Below, in pieces: positions 8,948 through 18,110 of a DNA stretch of 40,785 nt. The DNA lies in IMG/VR virus record IMGVR_UViG_3300048854_000036, positions 1 through 40,785 of that record; one strand, written 5' to 3'. A program made the position numbers and the translations under genes. Source of the stretch: a virus. Lineage: Duplodnaviria > Caudoviricetes. The notes under the pieces were generated by a model that saw nothing but the letters and a program-made list of their open reading frames with translations, was not told the DNA's origin and ran no database searches. Every line of letters begins with the position of its first letter. The stretch's first letter is position 1.

Positions 8948-11355
8948 GAGTTCGTCGAGTAGGTGCGCACGACCGCCAACAGGTGGAAGTCGTAGGGTTG
9001 GTCCTGCGTGATGACCAGATCGCCGCCCCTGTCCCATCCGAGCGTGGAAATGTCCTTGTCGCCGGTGAACGGCTGCGGCGCTTCGTCGAGCAGGTCTGAG
9101 CCGAACTCGCGCCACGGAATCTCGTCACCATTCACGTTTCCGCCGATGGTCGAGTCCACGCGCAGAATGACCTGCGATGTGCTCTGTGCGCTGCCGACGT
9201 TCGTGCCGGTGCCGCCACTGAGCGCGGGCGGCAGTAGCGTCACGGCCGAGTCGTAATGCAGGCCGATCTCGACGGCGTTCGCCGTGCGCGGCAGCGTGAT
9301 CGCACCGCCCGCCACCGTGAATTGACCGACGTACACGCCGTCGGCCTTCACGTCGACCGTCTTGCCCTCGAGCGATGACAGACCGGACCACGTCGCGGTG
9401 ACCGTCGCATTCGTCCCGGTGATCGCGCAATCGGTGTTCAGGTCGGCATCGAAACGCTCGACGAACCGCTGCGTCGCGCCGTTGATGGTGCGCTCGACGA
9501 CCACAAACACGAGATCGCCTTCGTCGACCACTGAACTCGGGATGCACGCGACAGACAGAAACTTTCCGTCGGTCGTGTGGCGCGCCCAGGCGGTGACCTG
9601 CTGCTGCTTGTCATAGGTGGCCGATACGAGCACGCCATCGCCGCGCACGAACCAGATGACCGGCGTCGGCTCCTGCTGGAATGCGCAATCGATCACGCCC
9701 GTCTCGGTGATGTGCTGCGCGAGCGAGGTGATGTCGGCAGAGATGAACGAATCGCTCGCGAAGTCGTACGACAGTGCGCGCACCTTGCGCGAGCCGCGCT
9801 GCGCAAAAATGATCTCGTTGCCCACGCGCACCGGCCGCACCGAGTTCGAGCCATAGGTCGATTGCGCTTTCACGCTCGGCGCATTCGTCGGGCCAATCGT
9901 GTTATTCGCGCCCACGCCGACGGTGAATTCGACGCCATCGGTGAAAGCGCCCATCGTGCTCGCTGTCACCAGATGCTTGATCTGGCTGACCTGATCGGAC
10001 GAGGCCGTGAATTGGAACGCGTCGTCGTCATCCTTCGCGATGGTGAAGTCGTACAGCGTGCCGGTCGAACTGCCCCACATCGTCTGCGGAAAGCTCGCGG
10101 AGCCCGCCGCAATCAATCGCTGCTGGAAAAGCGCCACAGACGCAGGGTATCCGTCGATCGCATTCCACGACGTGGATTCGAGAGACCATGCGGAGCCTTC
10201 CGCCGTCGTCGATTCCGACATGGTTTTGATGATCTGCGCCAGCACATGGCCCGCGTCGACAAAGCCGGTGATCTTCAGCAGGCCGCTATTCATGCGGATG
10301 TATTTGCCGACGTCGTCGCTGGAGAACGCGTTGCCCGCGCCAAACTTGTAGATGTAGCCGAACGCCGCACTCGCGAGCAGCGAGCCGGTGTAGGTCACGG
10401 TGAAGACGTTCGCGTTCGTGATGGCCTTGACGTAGTAGTTTCCGTCGATGCCATCCGACTCGAAGAACGACAGATTGATGAAGTCGTTGACGGCGAATCC
10501 GTGCGGCGCCTCAGTCTGAATCGACAGCACCTGATTCGTCGTATCGAGGCTCATCGAGTTCACGTACTGGCGCGCGCCCATCGCATACACCGCAGGCACC
10601 GCGCCGACCGGGCTTTTCGTCAGCGCGCATACCGGGACCTGCGGCGAGCCCGCCACCTTCCAACTGTTCGCCGCATACGAGAGCGAACTGAATTGCGCCT
10701 GCACCGTGGCAGTCACCGAGTTGTCGCCGTTCTTCGCGGTGATGAGCGCGACGCCCGAGCCCGCCACGATATTGCGGCCCACGTCGCTCGTCAGGAATAC
10801 GTCCGCCGACGGCATCATATTCACGGTGCCCGAGGTCGCGCTAAGCGTGAGCGTTGCGCCCGGGCGCTTGCCGTTTTCAGCAAAAGGAAGCGGATCGAAC
10901 GGCGCGTCACCGATCACCCATTGCGTGCCCGACACGCGGTACAGCCGCTGAATCATGTGCGACGGGTGCGACATGAGCATGCTGTCGGTGCCCTGCACAT
11001 ACTCGACGTCGAACAGTTGTGCGGGCGGATACGGCGTGCTTACCTCGACGGGCGTCGGGCCGCTCACGACCTGACCAGCCGAATTGTAGAAGCGCGCATA
11101 GCCATTGCCGAGCTCGACGATATAAGCGGAATCCTTGTTGAAGACGTAGGAGACGAGGCGCGTGCCGAGCAGGTCTTTCGTGCGCGCGATCTGGCGCAGC
11201 CCGTCGCGGCGCATCACCCCGCCCTCGACGATCGGCAGCAGGTTTTCAATCTTCTTCGCGCCGTTCTGATAGCGCGCGATATCGACGCGGCCCATCAGGC
11301 GGCTGGAAAGTTCGCCCGCGGTGAAGTTGGTCTGAATCGGGTTAAGGCGCGGCAT
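8944..11355 (-). CDS. Tail tubular protein B / nozzle, 803 aa
   Basis: QTNFTAGELS..L.GR.D N-terminus, YP.SV..FQQRL, AWARH.T.G motifs; probable FCCH-like insert (TEAPHGFAVND...GNYYV) near 10380-10565. Confidence 0.85.
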   Translation of the reverse strand: MPRLNPIQTNFTAGELSSRLMGRVDIARYQNGAKKIENLLPIVEGGVMRRDGLRQIARTKDLLGTRLVSYVFNKDSAYIVELGNGYARFYNSAGQVVSGPTPVEVSTPYPPAQLFDVEYVQGTDSMLMSHPSHMIQRLYRVSGTQWVIGDAPFDPLPFAENGKRPGATLTLSATSGTVNMMPSADVFLTSDVGRNIVAGSGVALITAKNGDNSVTATVQAQFSSLSYAANSWKVAGSPQVPVCALTKSPVGAVPAVYAMGARQYVNSMSLDTTNQVLSIQTEAPHGFAVNDFINLSFFESDGIDGNYYVKAITNANVFTVTYTGSLLASAAFGYIYKFGAGNAFSSDDVGKYIRMNSGLLKITGFVDAGHVLAQIIKTMSESTTAEGSAWSLESTSWNAIDGYPASVALFQQRLIAAGSASFPQTMWGSSTGTLYDFTIAKDDDDAFQFTASSDQVSQIKHLVTASTMGAFTDGVEFTVGVGANNTIGPTNAPSVKAQSTYGSNSVRPVRVGNEIIFAQRGSRKVRALSYDFASDSFISADITSLAQHITETGVIDCAFQQEPTPVIWFVRGDGVLVSATYDKQQQVTAWARHTTDGKFLSVACIPSSVVDEGDLVFVVVERTINGATQRFVERFDADLNTDCAITGTNATVTATWSGLSSLEGKTVDVKADGVYVGQFTVAGGAITLPRTANAVEIGLHYDSAVTLLPPALSGGTGTNVGSAQSTSQVILRVDSTIGGNVNGDEIPWREFGSDLLDEAPQPFTGDKDISTLGWDRGGDLVITQDQPYDFHLLAVVRTYSTNS

Positions 11356-11356
11356 A

Positions 11357-11968
11357 TCAGCGTCCCGGTGCGTAGGTGCGCACGCCGAGCGACGGGCCGT
11401 AGCCAGTCAGGCGTTCAGCAAGCAGCGGGAAGTCGCCGAGCGTTTCAGGCGGATCGTCCTGGCCATTAACCGAGCGCGCGGTCTTCAGCAGCGTCAGCAG
11501 TTCGCCCTGCTTGGTCTGCGCGAGCGCGGCCGATTTGGTGAGCGGATAGGCAAAGAGCGACGCCATGTAGAGCGTCATCGCCTCGATCAGAAGCCCGTCC
11601 CATTCCGACTCGTTGGTGCTCTTGTAGACGTAGACCAGCGGGATTGCATTGATGTCGGCAAGCAACAGACGCCCTTCGATCAGATACGGGATCTCGTCGC
11701 CGCGCAGGCCGACCTGAATCGGGCGCGCGAAATCGGCGGGCAGTTGGAACTGGTAGGAATAGTCGAAGGCCGGCGCGGTCGCGAGCGGCGCAAGCATCAC
11801 TCGCTTCTTCACGCAGCTCCACGGGTGCATGCGCAAGACAGCCTCGCGCGCGGACGGATAGAGGTTCGAAGCGAGCCGAGCTCGGTCGTTGGCCTCGTCG
11901 AGCGAGCTAATCGGCCGATCGCCGATCATCAGCAGCGCGTTGGAATTGATGGATACGGACGATGTCAT
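11357..11968 (-). CDS. Tail tubular protein A / adaptor, 203 aa
   Basis: I.SNALLMIG..PI.SL, HPWS, Y.YQFQLPAD motifs; precedes the nozzle gene. Confidence 0.85.
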   Translation of the reverse strand: MTSSVSINSNALLMIGDRPISSLDEANDRARLASNLYPSAREAVLRMHPWSCVKKRVMLAPLATAPAFDYSYQFQLPADFARPIQVGLRGDEIPYLIEGRLLLADINAIPLVYVYKSTNESEWDGLLIEAMTLYMASLFAYPLTKSAALAQTKQGELLTLLKTARSVNGQDDPPETLGDFPLLAERLTGYGPSLGVRTYAPGR

Positions 11969-11979
11969 GCTGGCCTCGG

Positions 11980-12015
11980 AAACGAAAATGCCGGGAGCGG
12001 TCAGCCCCCGGCATT
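11980..12015 (-). terminator. Intrinsic terminator after the capsid/cement genes
   Basis: AATGCCGGG...CCCGGCATT stem followed by TTCGTTT on the minus strand. Confidence 0.65.
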
Positions 12016-12045
12016 GCTGGACAAACTAGCCGGGAGACCGGCCGC

Positions 12046-12507
12046 TTAATCGACGACGTAGTGCACCGTCACCGCGATCAACTGGCCCGGCGAAACCGGC
12101 GTAACAGCGCCCGCAATCGTCGCGTACACGTCGACTTCCGTCGGCGTTTCATACGTCTGACCTGCGTTGATCAGCGAGCCGGTCGACGAAACGTCGGCGT
12201 TTGCAGCCGATGCGATCGACGTTGCCGCTGCGAGACCCGCCGCCGCGATCACGACCTTCGTATCGGTGCGGCGAAGGCCGATTGCCAACGTGCTCGACGC
12301 CGTGCCGGCCGCGTTGCTCAAACGAACAGCCGTGATGCGCGCACCTACGGGGATACGTCCGAGATAGATCGTGTCGCCGATCTGACCGGAGATCGATGCG
12401 ATCTGCGCGAACATGATGCGATTGACGCCGTGGCGTTCGTTCGCTTGCAGCCGCGACGGCGGCAACGCCGCCAGCTTGGCCATCTGAATCGAAAGTGCCT
12501 CTGCCAT
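12046..12507 (-). CDS. Capsid cement/decoration protein (probable), 153 aa
   Basis: Immediately after the major capsid gene; beta-rich with GDTIYLGRIPVGARI motif. Confidence 0.6.
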   Translation of the reverse strand: MAEALSIQMAKLAALPPSRLQANERHGVNRIMFAQIASISGQIGDTIYLGRIPVGARITAVRLSNAAGTASSTLAIGLRRTDTKVVIAAAGLAAATSIASAANADVSSTGSLINAGQTYETPTEVDVYATIAGAVTPVSPGQLIAVTVHYVVD

Positions 12508-12544
12508 TTCAAACTCCTAGAATTGGGTTGCCGTTCAGCGTCGA

Positions 12545-13432
12545 TCAGACCTGATAGTTGATCGCCACGACCTTGTTCTCGAACACGCGACCCGCGCCGT
12601 ACGACTCGCGCGCGTAGATCTGGATCGCGTTCTTCTTGTCGCGACGCGGACCGACGTCGATTTCGCGGCTCATGCCGGTGCCGAACTTCAGCGCCGACTT
12701 GGTGTAGGCAACCGTCGTCTTGACGCCGCCCGGCGTCGTGTTCAGCGCCTCGTACGGCACCCAGTTGAAACCGAGCCACTTGCCGCCCGTGTCGCCGTCC
12801 TGCAGCATCTTCACGGCCATGAAATCGGCGCTCGTGAGCGTGGTGTCGCTCAGCACGTCTTCGAGCGATTCAGCGTCGTACAGCATGTAAAGCGTCTCGC
12901 CGTTGTACGAGTCCGCCTCGTTCTTGCGGAACAGCTTCTTGGCCGTGATGATCTTGGCCTTCGTCATGCCCGTGCCACCGTCGAGGATGGTTTGCGACGA
13001 CGAGAAGGCCGCGGTGCCGTACGGCGCGCCGTCTTGCGTGCGCGTGAGCGCCGTGCCGAGCAGCGCGTTATAGATCACGCTGTCCTTCTTGCGATTCAGC
13101 GCGGCGATGCCGTTCTGCATGTATTCGCCTTGCGGGCTGGCGAGCAGCTTCGGCAGGTCGAATTGATCGATCGGCGTGGCCCAGTCCTTGTCCTGCATCA
13201 GCACGATGCGGGTCGTGTGGGTCTGATCCGACCATTCGGTATCGCCCAGGCGGTTCGTCACGTCGTTCGCAGCCGTTGCCGCGAGCGTGTTGAACGTGAA
13301 CGAGGTGCCCGTGACGCCGCCGACATCGGTGACGGTTGCTTGCAGGCGCGAGTCTTTCTGTTGTGCGGCGAGTTCCCAACCTGCCTTGAACTCCACCACA
13401 AAGCCGGTGGTGATCGTGTCGTTGACAGCCAT
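12545..13432 (-). CDS. Major capsid protein, 295 aa
   Basis: AQQKDSRL, AALNRKKD, WLGFNW, YGAGRV....V motifs of podovirus capsids; follows the scaffold gene. Confidence 0.9.
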   Translation of the reverse strand: MAVNDTITTGFVVEFKAGWELAAQQKDSRLQATVTDVGGVTGTSFTFNTLAATAANDVTNRLGDTEWSDQTHTTRIVLMQDKDWATPIDQFDLPKLLASPQGEYMQNGIAALNRKKDSVIYNALLGTALTRTQDGAPYGTAAFSSSQTILDGGTGMTKAKIITAKKLFRKNEADSYNGETLYMLYDAESLEDVLSDTTLTSADFMAVKMLQDGDTGGKWLGFNWVPYEALNTTPGGVKTTVAYTKSALKFGTGMSREIDVGPRRDKKNAIQIYARESYGAGRVFENKVVAINYQV

Positions 13433-13582
13433 GATGTGATGCTCCGAAAAGGGATGTGGTTTTCTTCTCGCCTTTCAGGGTGTCCGGCTGCCACCGGGCC
13501 TGTGATACGGCCTCGCGCGGGCGTCGCGTGAAGCATCGGGCTATTCGGGTGTCCGCTCGCCACAGCGGGCCGATAGGGACCG

Positions 13583-13615
13583 ATATTCGGTTAGAGGGCA
13601 CGTCGATATCCCGAC
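13583..13615 (-). promoter_or_regulatory. Putative activator-dependent late promoter for capsid: GTCGGGATATCGAC-N13-GAATAT
   Basis: Exact 14-mer at 13602-13615, also at 19083 and 39060; lies just after a terminator. Confidence 0.75.
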
Positions 13616-13629
13616 GAAATCAACGGACG

Positions 13630-13659
13630 AAAAAAAGCCCCGTGCCAAAGACACGGGGC
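13630..13659 (-). terminator. Intrinsic terminator after the scaffold gene
   Basis: GCCCCGTGT-CTTTG-GCACGGGGC followed by T7. Confidence 0.85.
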
Positions 13660-13682
13660 AAACGCACTGCGAGGAGACCTGT

Positions 13683-14549
13683 TTAAACGACCGGCGTGTT
13701 GCCGTGCTGACGATTGAAGAACGTGCGCACCTTCGCAACCGTCTCAGCGTGCTTCGGATGCTTCTCGTTGGTGTATGCCTCCGAGCGCATGAGTTCTTGA
13801 ACGCCGCTCTCGGTTTGCAGCACGCCACCGCCGCCTGCCTGCGCCGTGTCTTCGCTGAATTCCGGCCCAAGCGCGGCCATCATGCGAATGAATGCCGGGT
13901 TGTTTGCAAGGCCGCTGGACTCGATCTCGTCCATCGACACACCTGCGATCGAGCCCACCCGCGTCGCCGCATTGAGCGCGTGCTTGAAATTCGCTTTGCT
14001 CGTCGTCGGGTCGGTCCAGAGCTTGCCGAGTTCGGCCGTGCATGCCTCGGCGCTCAACTGGCTGCTCGCGCCCACGAGTGCCGGCGCGATCTTCCAGTAT
14101 TCGCCCATCACTCCATCGAACTGTTTCTGCGTGAGACCGAGACCATGCAGCGAATTGCGCACCTCCTTGAACCCGGCGTCTTCGTCGAGATTCACCATGT
14201 CCTTCATCGAGTCGGGCACGGTGACGGTGTATTCCTCAGGCGTCTTCGGCGCAGCGCCACCCGTGCCAAGTCGCTTTTCCAGCTCTGAGCGCGCCGCTTC
14301 GACCTTGCGTGCGGACGCTTCGAGATCGAGCGAGCCGTCTTCCTTCGCTACGCGGTACTTCTCCGGCACCCATGCACTCGGGTCGGCAGCAGGATCGGCG
14401 GGAGGAGCCGGATCTGCTGCGGTGGTGAGCGCGCTCGGTGCGGCTGAAGGGGCAGGCGCGACAGGTTCGGCTGGTGCAGCAGCGGGCGCACCGCCTGCGG
14501 GCGCCTCGGTGGTGACTTCTTCCATCAGCGGGTAATGCTTGCGAAACAT
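13683..14549 (-). CDS. Capsid scaffolding protein, 288 aa
   Basis: Pro/Ala-rich N-terminus, PEKY, P.TPEEY, GLTQKQ, HPKH motifs; upstream of the capsid gene. Confidence 0.8.
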   Translation of the reverse strand: MFRKHYPLMEEVTTEAPAGGAPAAAPAEPVAPAPSAAPSALTTAADPAPPADPAADPSAWVPEKYRVAKEDGSLDLEASARKVEAARSELEKRLGTGGAAPKTPEEYTVTVPDSMKDMVNLDEDAGFKEVRNSLHGLGLTQKQFDGVMGEYWKIAPALVGASSQLSAEACTAELGKLWTDPTTSKANFKHALNAATRVGSIAGVSMDEIESSGLANNPAFIRMMAALGPEFSEDTAQAGGGGVLQTESGVQELMRSEAYTNEKHPKHAETVAKVRTFFNRQHGNTPVV

Positions 14550-14579
14550 TTGTTTTCTCCTCGCGTGTAAAAGTTCGAA

Positions 14580-14729
14580 TCAGGTCTGGTCAATCGCCGG
14601 AACTTCATCGCCCGGCTGATAAACGGCGTACGTCGCGCCATCGCACACAACGGCGATAGCGTCAGCGGGGATCGGCTCAGCCGGAGACTGAATGCCGTTC
14701 GTATCGGTAACTGCTTGGATCGTGATCAT
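14580..14729 (-). CDS. Small acidic protein, 49 aa (possible fibre chaperone)
   Basis: ATGA overlap with the stop of the 14726-15253 gene. Confidence 0.5.
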   Translation of the reverse strand: MITIQAVTDTNGIQSPAEPIPADAIAVVCDGATYAVYQPGDEVPAIDQT

Positions 14730-15253
14730 GGGTTCAGGATCTCCACGATGTAGCTTTCCAGCGTGATCGTTTCGGATGTGTTGGTCAGCGTGCCGCACAG
14801 CGTGATGTTTTGCGGTTGCGTCGTATCGACACTGAAGGTAGCCGACGTGCCGCCACTTGTTCCGTATGCGCCCGCGCCCGCGCTGCTGCCAACTTGGCTG
14901 TTTGTGGCATTACGGTTAGTGATCAAGAAAATGTCGCTTCTTGAACTCGTCGTAGTTAGGGGGACTGTGCGCGCCTGAAATCCCGCAAACCTCTGATTCG
15001 TGGTCTTTGTGTTGGCGCTGTTCGTATAAGACCACTGGGAAGTTACGCGGACCGCACCGTTCGGACCCATCGCATTAGCGGGGATCGTGATCGTCGCAAG
15101 TACAGTTTCAGAAGTCGTCCCCGTCACGCTCGACGGGACGGCAGACTGCGCGAGCACATATGGCGTGAGGTGGCCATTCACCTGAGGCGGGTTCGGCGTG
15201 ATCTCGTTACACAACCAGCCGTTACCCGTGAGAGTTGCACCGCCACCGGGCAT
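14726..15253 (-). CDS. Thr/Ser/Gly-rich beta-sandwich virion protein (possible head fibre/spike), 175 aa
   Basis: GAGGAG SD; composition and VLATITIPAN motif resemble fibre tip domains. Confidence 0.55.
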   Translation of the reverse strand: MPGGGATLTGNGWLCNEITPNPPQVNGHLTPYVLAQSAVPSSVTGTTSETVLATITIPANAMGPNGAVRVTSQWSYTNSANTKTTNQRFAGFQARTVPLTTTSSRSDIFLITNRNATNSQVGSSAGAGAYGTSGGTSATFSVDTTQPQNITLCGTLTNTSETITLESYIVEILNP

Positions 15254-15282
15254 GATTTACTCCTCTAGCTTCGGTTATGAAA

Positions 15283-15495
15283 TCAGTACGACGTGCCGGC
15301 CGACCACGCGCCCGCGACGTTCTCGTAGATCTTGCGGGCCGTCTTGTCGATGGACAAGTCGCCCGGCTTGCCTACGCCCTGCGGCGGCTGGCCGCTGAAG
15401 AATGCGACGCCGGCATAGTCGAAGTCGCTGCGCGGCTGACCTGCTGCGGTCCAGCCCGAGCCCGGCGTATAGGTTGAAGTGCCTGCCATGATCAA
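15283..15495 (-). CDS. Small virion protein with fibre-anchor-like G.P...G..GD..ID.....Y....G.W motif, about 70 aa
   Basis: Coupled to the upstream gene; motif recurs in phage fibre N-termini. Confidence 0.55.
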   Translation of the reverse strand: MIMAGTSTYTPGSGWTAAGQPRSDFDYAGVAFFSGQPPQGVGKPGDLSIDKTARKIYENVAGAWSAGTSY

Positions 15496-15752
15496 TCTCC
15501 TTCTTCGGGGGTTTCAGGACCGGCTGCCGCGCGATCCAGTTGCTTGAAAATGAATTCGATGACGTCGCGACGACCGCATCGGAAGTCGGTCTCGCGCTGC
15601 GCTTCGAGGCCGCCGCGCACGTAGACCGAGCCGTAAAACTTGTCGAGCAGGTGCTGAAGCACGAGCGCGCCTTGCGGCGATGCTTCGAATGCCGCGCTGT
15701 AATCGGCAGGTGTCGCGACGGCGTTACCGCGTCCTGGTGCGTTCGTGGTCAT
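15492..15752 (-). CDS. Conserved portal-adjacent protein (Bbp19-like), 86 aa
   Basis: Y...FE.SPQG..VL..L...F and G.RDVI.FI pattern; directly after the portal gene. Confidence 0.65.
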   Translation of the reverse strand: MTTNAPGRGNAVATPADYSAAFEASPQGALVLQHLLDKFYGSVYVRGGLEAQRETDFRCGRRDVIEFIFKQLDRAAAGPETPEEGD

Positions 15753-17362
15753 GCTGCCGCCTTGTTGACTGCAGCGAGGCCGACGCCCTGCTGAATGGCG
15801 CCCTGCGTCGCGATGGATTGCTCCTGCTGCTGCTGTTGCAGGCGTGCCGCCTGACGATCGCCGCGCAGCTGCTTCACCTGATCCGGCGTGCGGATGATGC
15901 TCATCGGTACACCGAGATCGCGCGAGAGCACGCGCACGGCCTCGTCGTTATCGATGTTGTCGAGGATCGTGGCGTCGATGCTTGCCATCTGCGCCGCGTC
16001 CGCATACAGGCGCTCGATTGCGCTGACCTCTTCAAGCTTTTGCGCACGCGCGAGCGGGCTGACGTAGCGGATGGTGAAGTCGCGGTTCACGAGCGAGTCA
16101 GGCGGCGGCGAGAAGATACCCGCGCGATACGCCACGCCAAAGCAGCGCGAGATCAGCGGCTGCAGGTATTCGGCTTGCAGGCGGCCATAGATCGGCCCGA
16201 GCAACTGCCGCACGAGGTCGACGCGCACGTGCACCTCGGTCGCTGTCATGGCGGGGCCATCCTGCGGCTGCAACTGGTCGGCGAGAAGGATCTTGCGGAT
16301 GCTCGCCTGCAACTTGTCGATCTCGGTGAACGCGACCTGAAAGTTCGTCGCGGGCTGAAGCGGCTTCATCGAGTCGACCGAGTTGGCGACGACGATCTTG
16401 CGCGGGCCGACCTTGATCGTGCGCGGATTGAGCACGCCGTCGTCTTCCGCGATCCACATGCCGGAGACGGCCATGTCCAGATTGGCGTATTCGAGCGTCT
16501 TGATGCTGTTGATCGAGCGGATGTCGGGCAGCGCATCGAGCACCGGGCCGGTCGCATAGACGCTGTCCGGGATCTTCTTCCAGCGCGCGACGACGACAGG
16601 CATCTCGTGATAGCCCGACTCGCGCACGGTCGTCTTGTCCTTCAGCGCGATCGTGCAGGAGGCAATCGGCAGGTTCTTCGAGCGGATCGCGTTCTTGATC
16701 GACACGCGGCGCGGATAGATCGCCCAGAGGAAATCGAACATCTCGTCAGGCTGCAGCTTCGCGCGCTGGACGATCGTGTCCGGCAGCGTGTCGCCGCGCT
16801 GGCTGTACGCGTTCACGGCGGCCTCGGCGGTCATGCGGAACGGCCGGAACACCGTGTCGATCGTGCCGCCCGGCTTGGACGACGCGCAGTAGATGCTGGA
16901 GAGCGGCCAGTGCTCGAAGTGCAGGCCGCCGTTTTCCTTGTCCTCGTCGATGAAGAGACCGAACCAGCCCGCGCCCATGCAGTCGTCGAGGCAATCGCTC
17001 GACTCGGAATCAAAGTTCGCGTTGTGGATGTTCTCCCACAGCAGCTCGCTTGCCTCTTCGAGCCACTTCGCCTCATCGTCCGACTGATTCGCCACGGTCA
17101 TCTTGAACCACAGCGAGTTGGCCGGCGTCATGCCGGACTGCACCGATGAGGCCAGGGTGCGCTTTGCATCGATCGCGGTCGAATCCATGATCTTCGCGAT
17201 AGCCGCGCTGATCTCGTTGGCATTCATCACGAAGCCATCGAAGCCCGACGCGCGCACGGGATCGGTGAGGAGAAAGCATTCTTTCCACACGAGCTCGTGC
17301 ACCTGTCGCGCCGACTTGAGCGAATCGAGCCGCTTGCAGAGGGAGGTCGCGAGATCGTCCAT
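15749..17362 (-). CDS. Portal (head-tail connector) protein, 537 aa
   Basis: T7-type portal motifs DSTA, GMTP....WF, P.VVARW, YATGP...ALPD, MTATEV..R, YVSPLARAQ. Confidence 0.92.
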   Translation of the reverse strand: MDDLATSLCKRLDSLKSARQVHELVWKECFLLTDPVRASGFDGFVMNANEISAAIAKIMDSTAIDAKRTLASSVQSGMTPANSLWFKMTVANQSDDEAKWLEEASELLWENIHNANFDSESSDCLDDCMGAGWFGLFIDEDKENGGLHFEHWPLSSIYCASSKPGGTIDTVFRPFRMTAEAAVNAYSQRGDTLPDTIVQRAKLQPDEMFDFLWAIYPRRVSIKNAIRSKNLPIASCTIALKDKTTVRESGYHEMPVVVARWKKIPDSVYATGPVLDALPDIRSINSIKTLEYANLDMAVSGMWIAEDDGVLNPRTIKVGPRKIVVANSVDSMKPLQPATNFQVAFTEIDKLQASIRKILLADQLQPQDGPAMTATEVHVRVDLVRQLLGPIYGRLQAEYLQPLISRCFGVAYRAGIFSPPPDSLVNRDFTIRYVSPLARAQKLEEVSAIERLYADAAQMASIDATILDNIDNDEAVRVLSRDLGVPMSIIRTPDQVKQLRGDRQAARLQQQQQEQSIATQGAIQQGVGLAAVNKAAA

Positions 17363-17655
17363 TACTGACCCAGTGCGGATTTGCCGCCGCCCGATGCGAG
17401 CGCGGATGCGGATTGTGTGGAGGTGCTGTCACCGAGTCCGCCCGAACTCGCTTGCGAGAGCAGGCTGCTTGCCGCGCGGCGCTTGTTGTCCGACGCGGCT
17501 TGCAGCGAGGCATCGGCCGTGCCAGACGTTTTCTCGCCCTTCGCCGTGATCGCCTTCGGCATGCCGGGCGCTTTGGCTGTAAGCGCTGAATATGCGGTAG
17601 CGCCTGCGCCGATGAGCGCCGCCCCTGCCGTGATTGCTGCTGTGTATCCGGACAT
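17362..17655 (-). CDS. Small Ala/Ser/Gly-rich virion protein (T7 gp7.3 position), 97 aa
   Basis: Immediately upstream of the portal gene; ends GKSALGQ. Confidence 0.6.
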   Translation of the reverse strand: MSGYTAAITAGAALIGAGATAYSALTAKAPGMPKAITAKGEKTSGTADASLQAASDNKRRAASSLLSQASSGGLGDSTSTQSASALASGGGKSALGQ

Positions 17656-17657
17656 CC

Positions 17658-18110
17658 CTATTCCCCCGTGATGACGACGCGCTGCGTGCCGTGTTCGAGC
17701 AGCGCTGTTTCGTCCGTAAATTCCGCTTCTGCCTCCGCGACGCTCTTCGCCTGCGTCGGGAAAAGCATGGTCAGGTGCGTGAGCGCGTGCGAGACGAACG
17801 CCTGCTTGCGCCCGGCGCTGCCCGGCAGCACGTGATGGCCCGTGAGGCGCTCGCAGTCATCGCCGACGTAGACGGTGACGTCGCCGCTGATCACCAGCGT
17901 GGTCGCACGTTTGAGCAGCGCGCCCGTCAGCAGCACGCCCGCGGGCACTGCGATGGTCCGCGCATACATCCCGGCGTGAAACAGGTGCTCCATCAGCAGA
18001 TCGACCTGCGCCATGTTCCGCAGCGCCGATTCAAGCGAGCGCACACTGGCGACTTGCTCAGGCGTCATCGCGGGCAGCGACGGCAGCATCGGCGCGATCT
18101 CGTGCGTCAT
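17658..18110 (-). CDS. Cupin-like protein, 150 aa
   Basis: HLFHAGMYARTIAVPAGVLLTG...ISGDVTV double-stranded beta-helix pattern. Confidence 0.55.
   Translation of the reverse strand: MTHEIAPMLPSLPAMTPEQVASVRSLESALRNMAQVDLLMEHLFHAGMYARTIAVPAGVLLTGALLKRATTLVISGDVTVYVGDDCERLTGHHVLPGSAGRKQAFVSHALTHLTMLFPTQAKSVAEAEAEFTDETALLEHGTQRVVITGE

Noticed and set aside
9577-11469. Long plus-strand ORFs opposite structural genes (also 2457-3497, 4602-5621, 15680-17149) and minus-strand 27671-28906
   Set aside because: Typical antisense shadows of high-GC genes with no recognisable motifs
15254-15285. Stop read-through fusing the 70-aa and 175-aa proteins
   Set aside because: The gap is 29 nt (out of frame) and the second gene has its own strong SD
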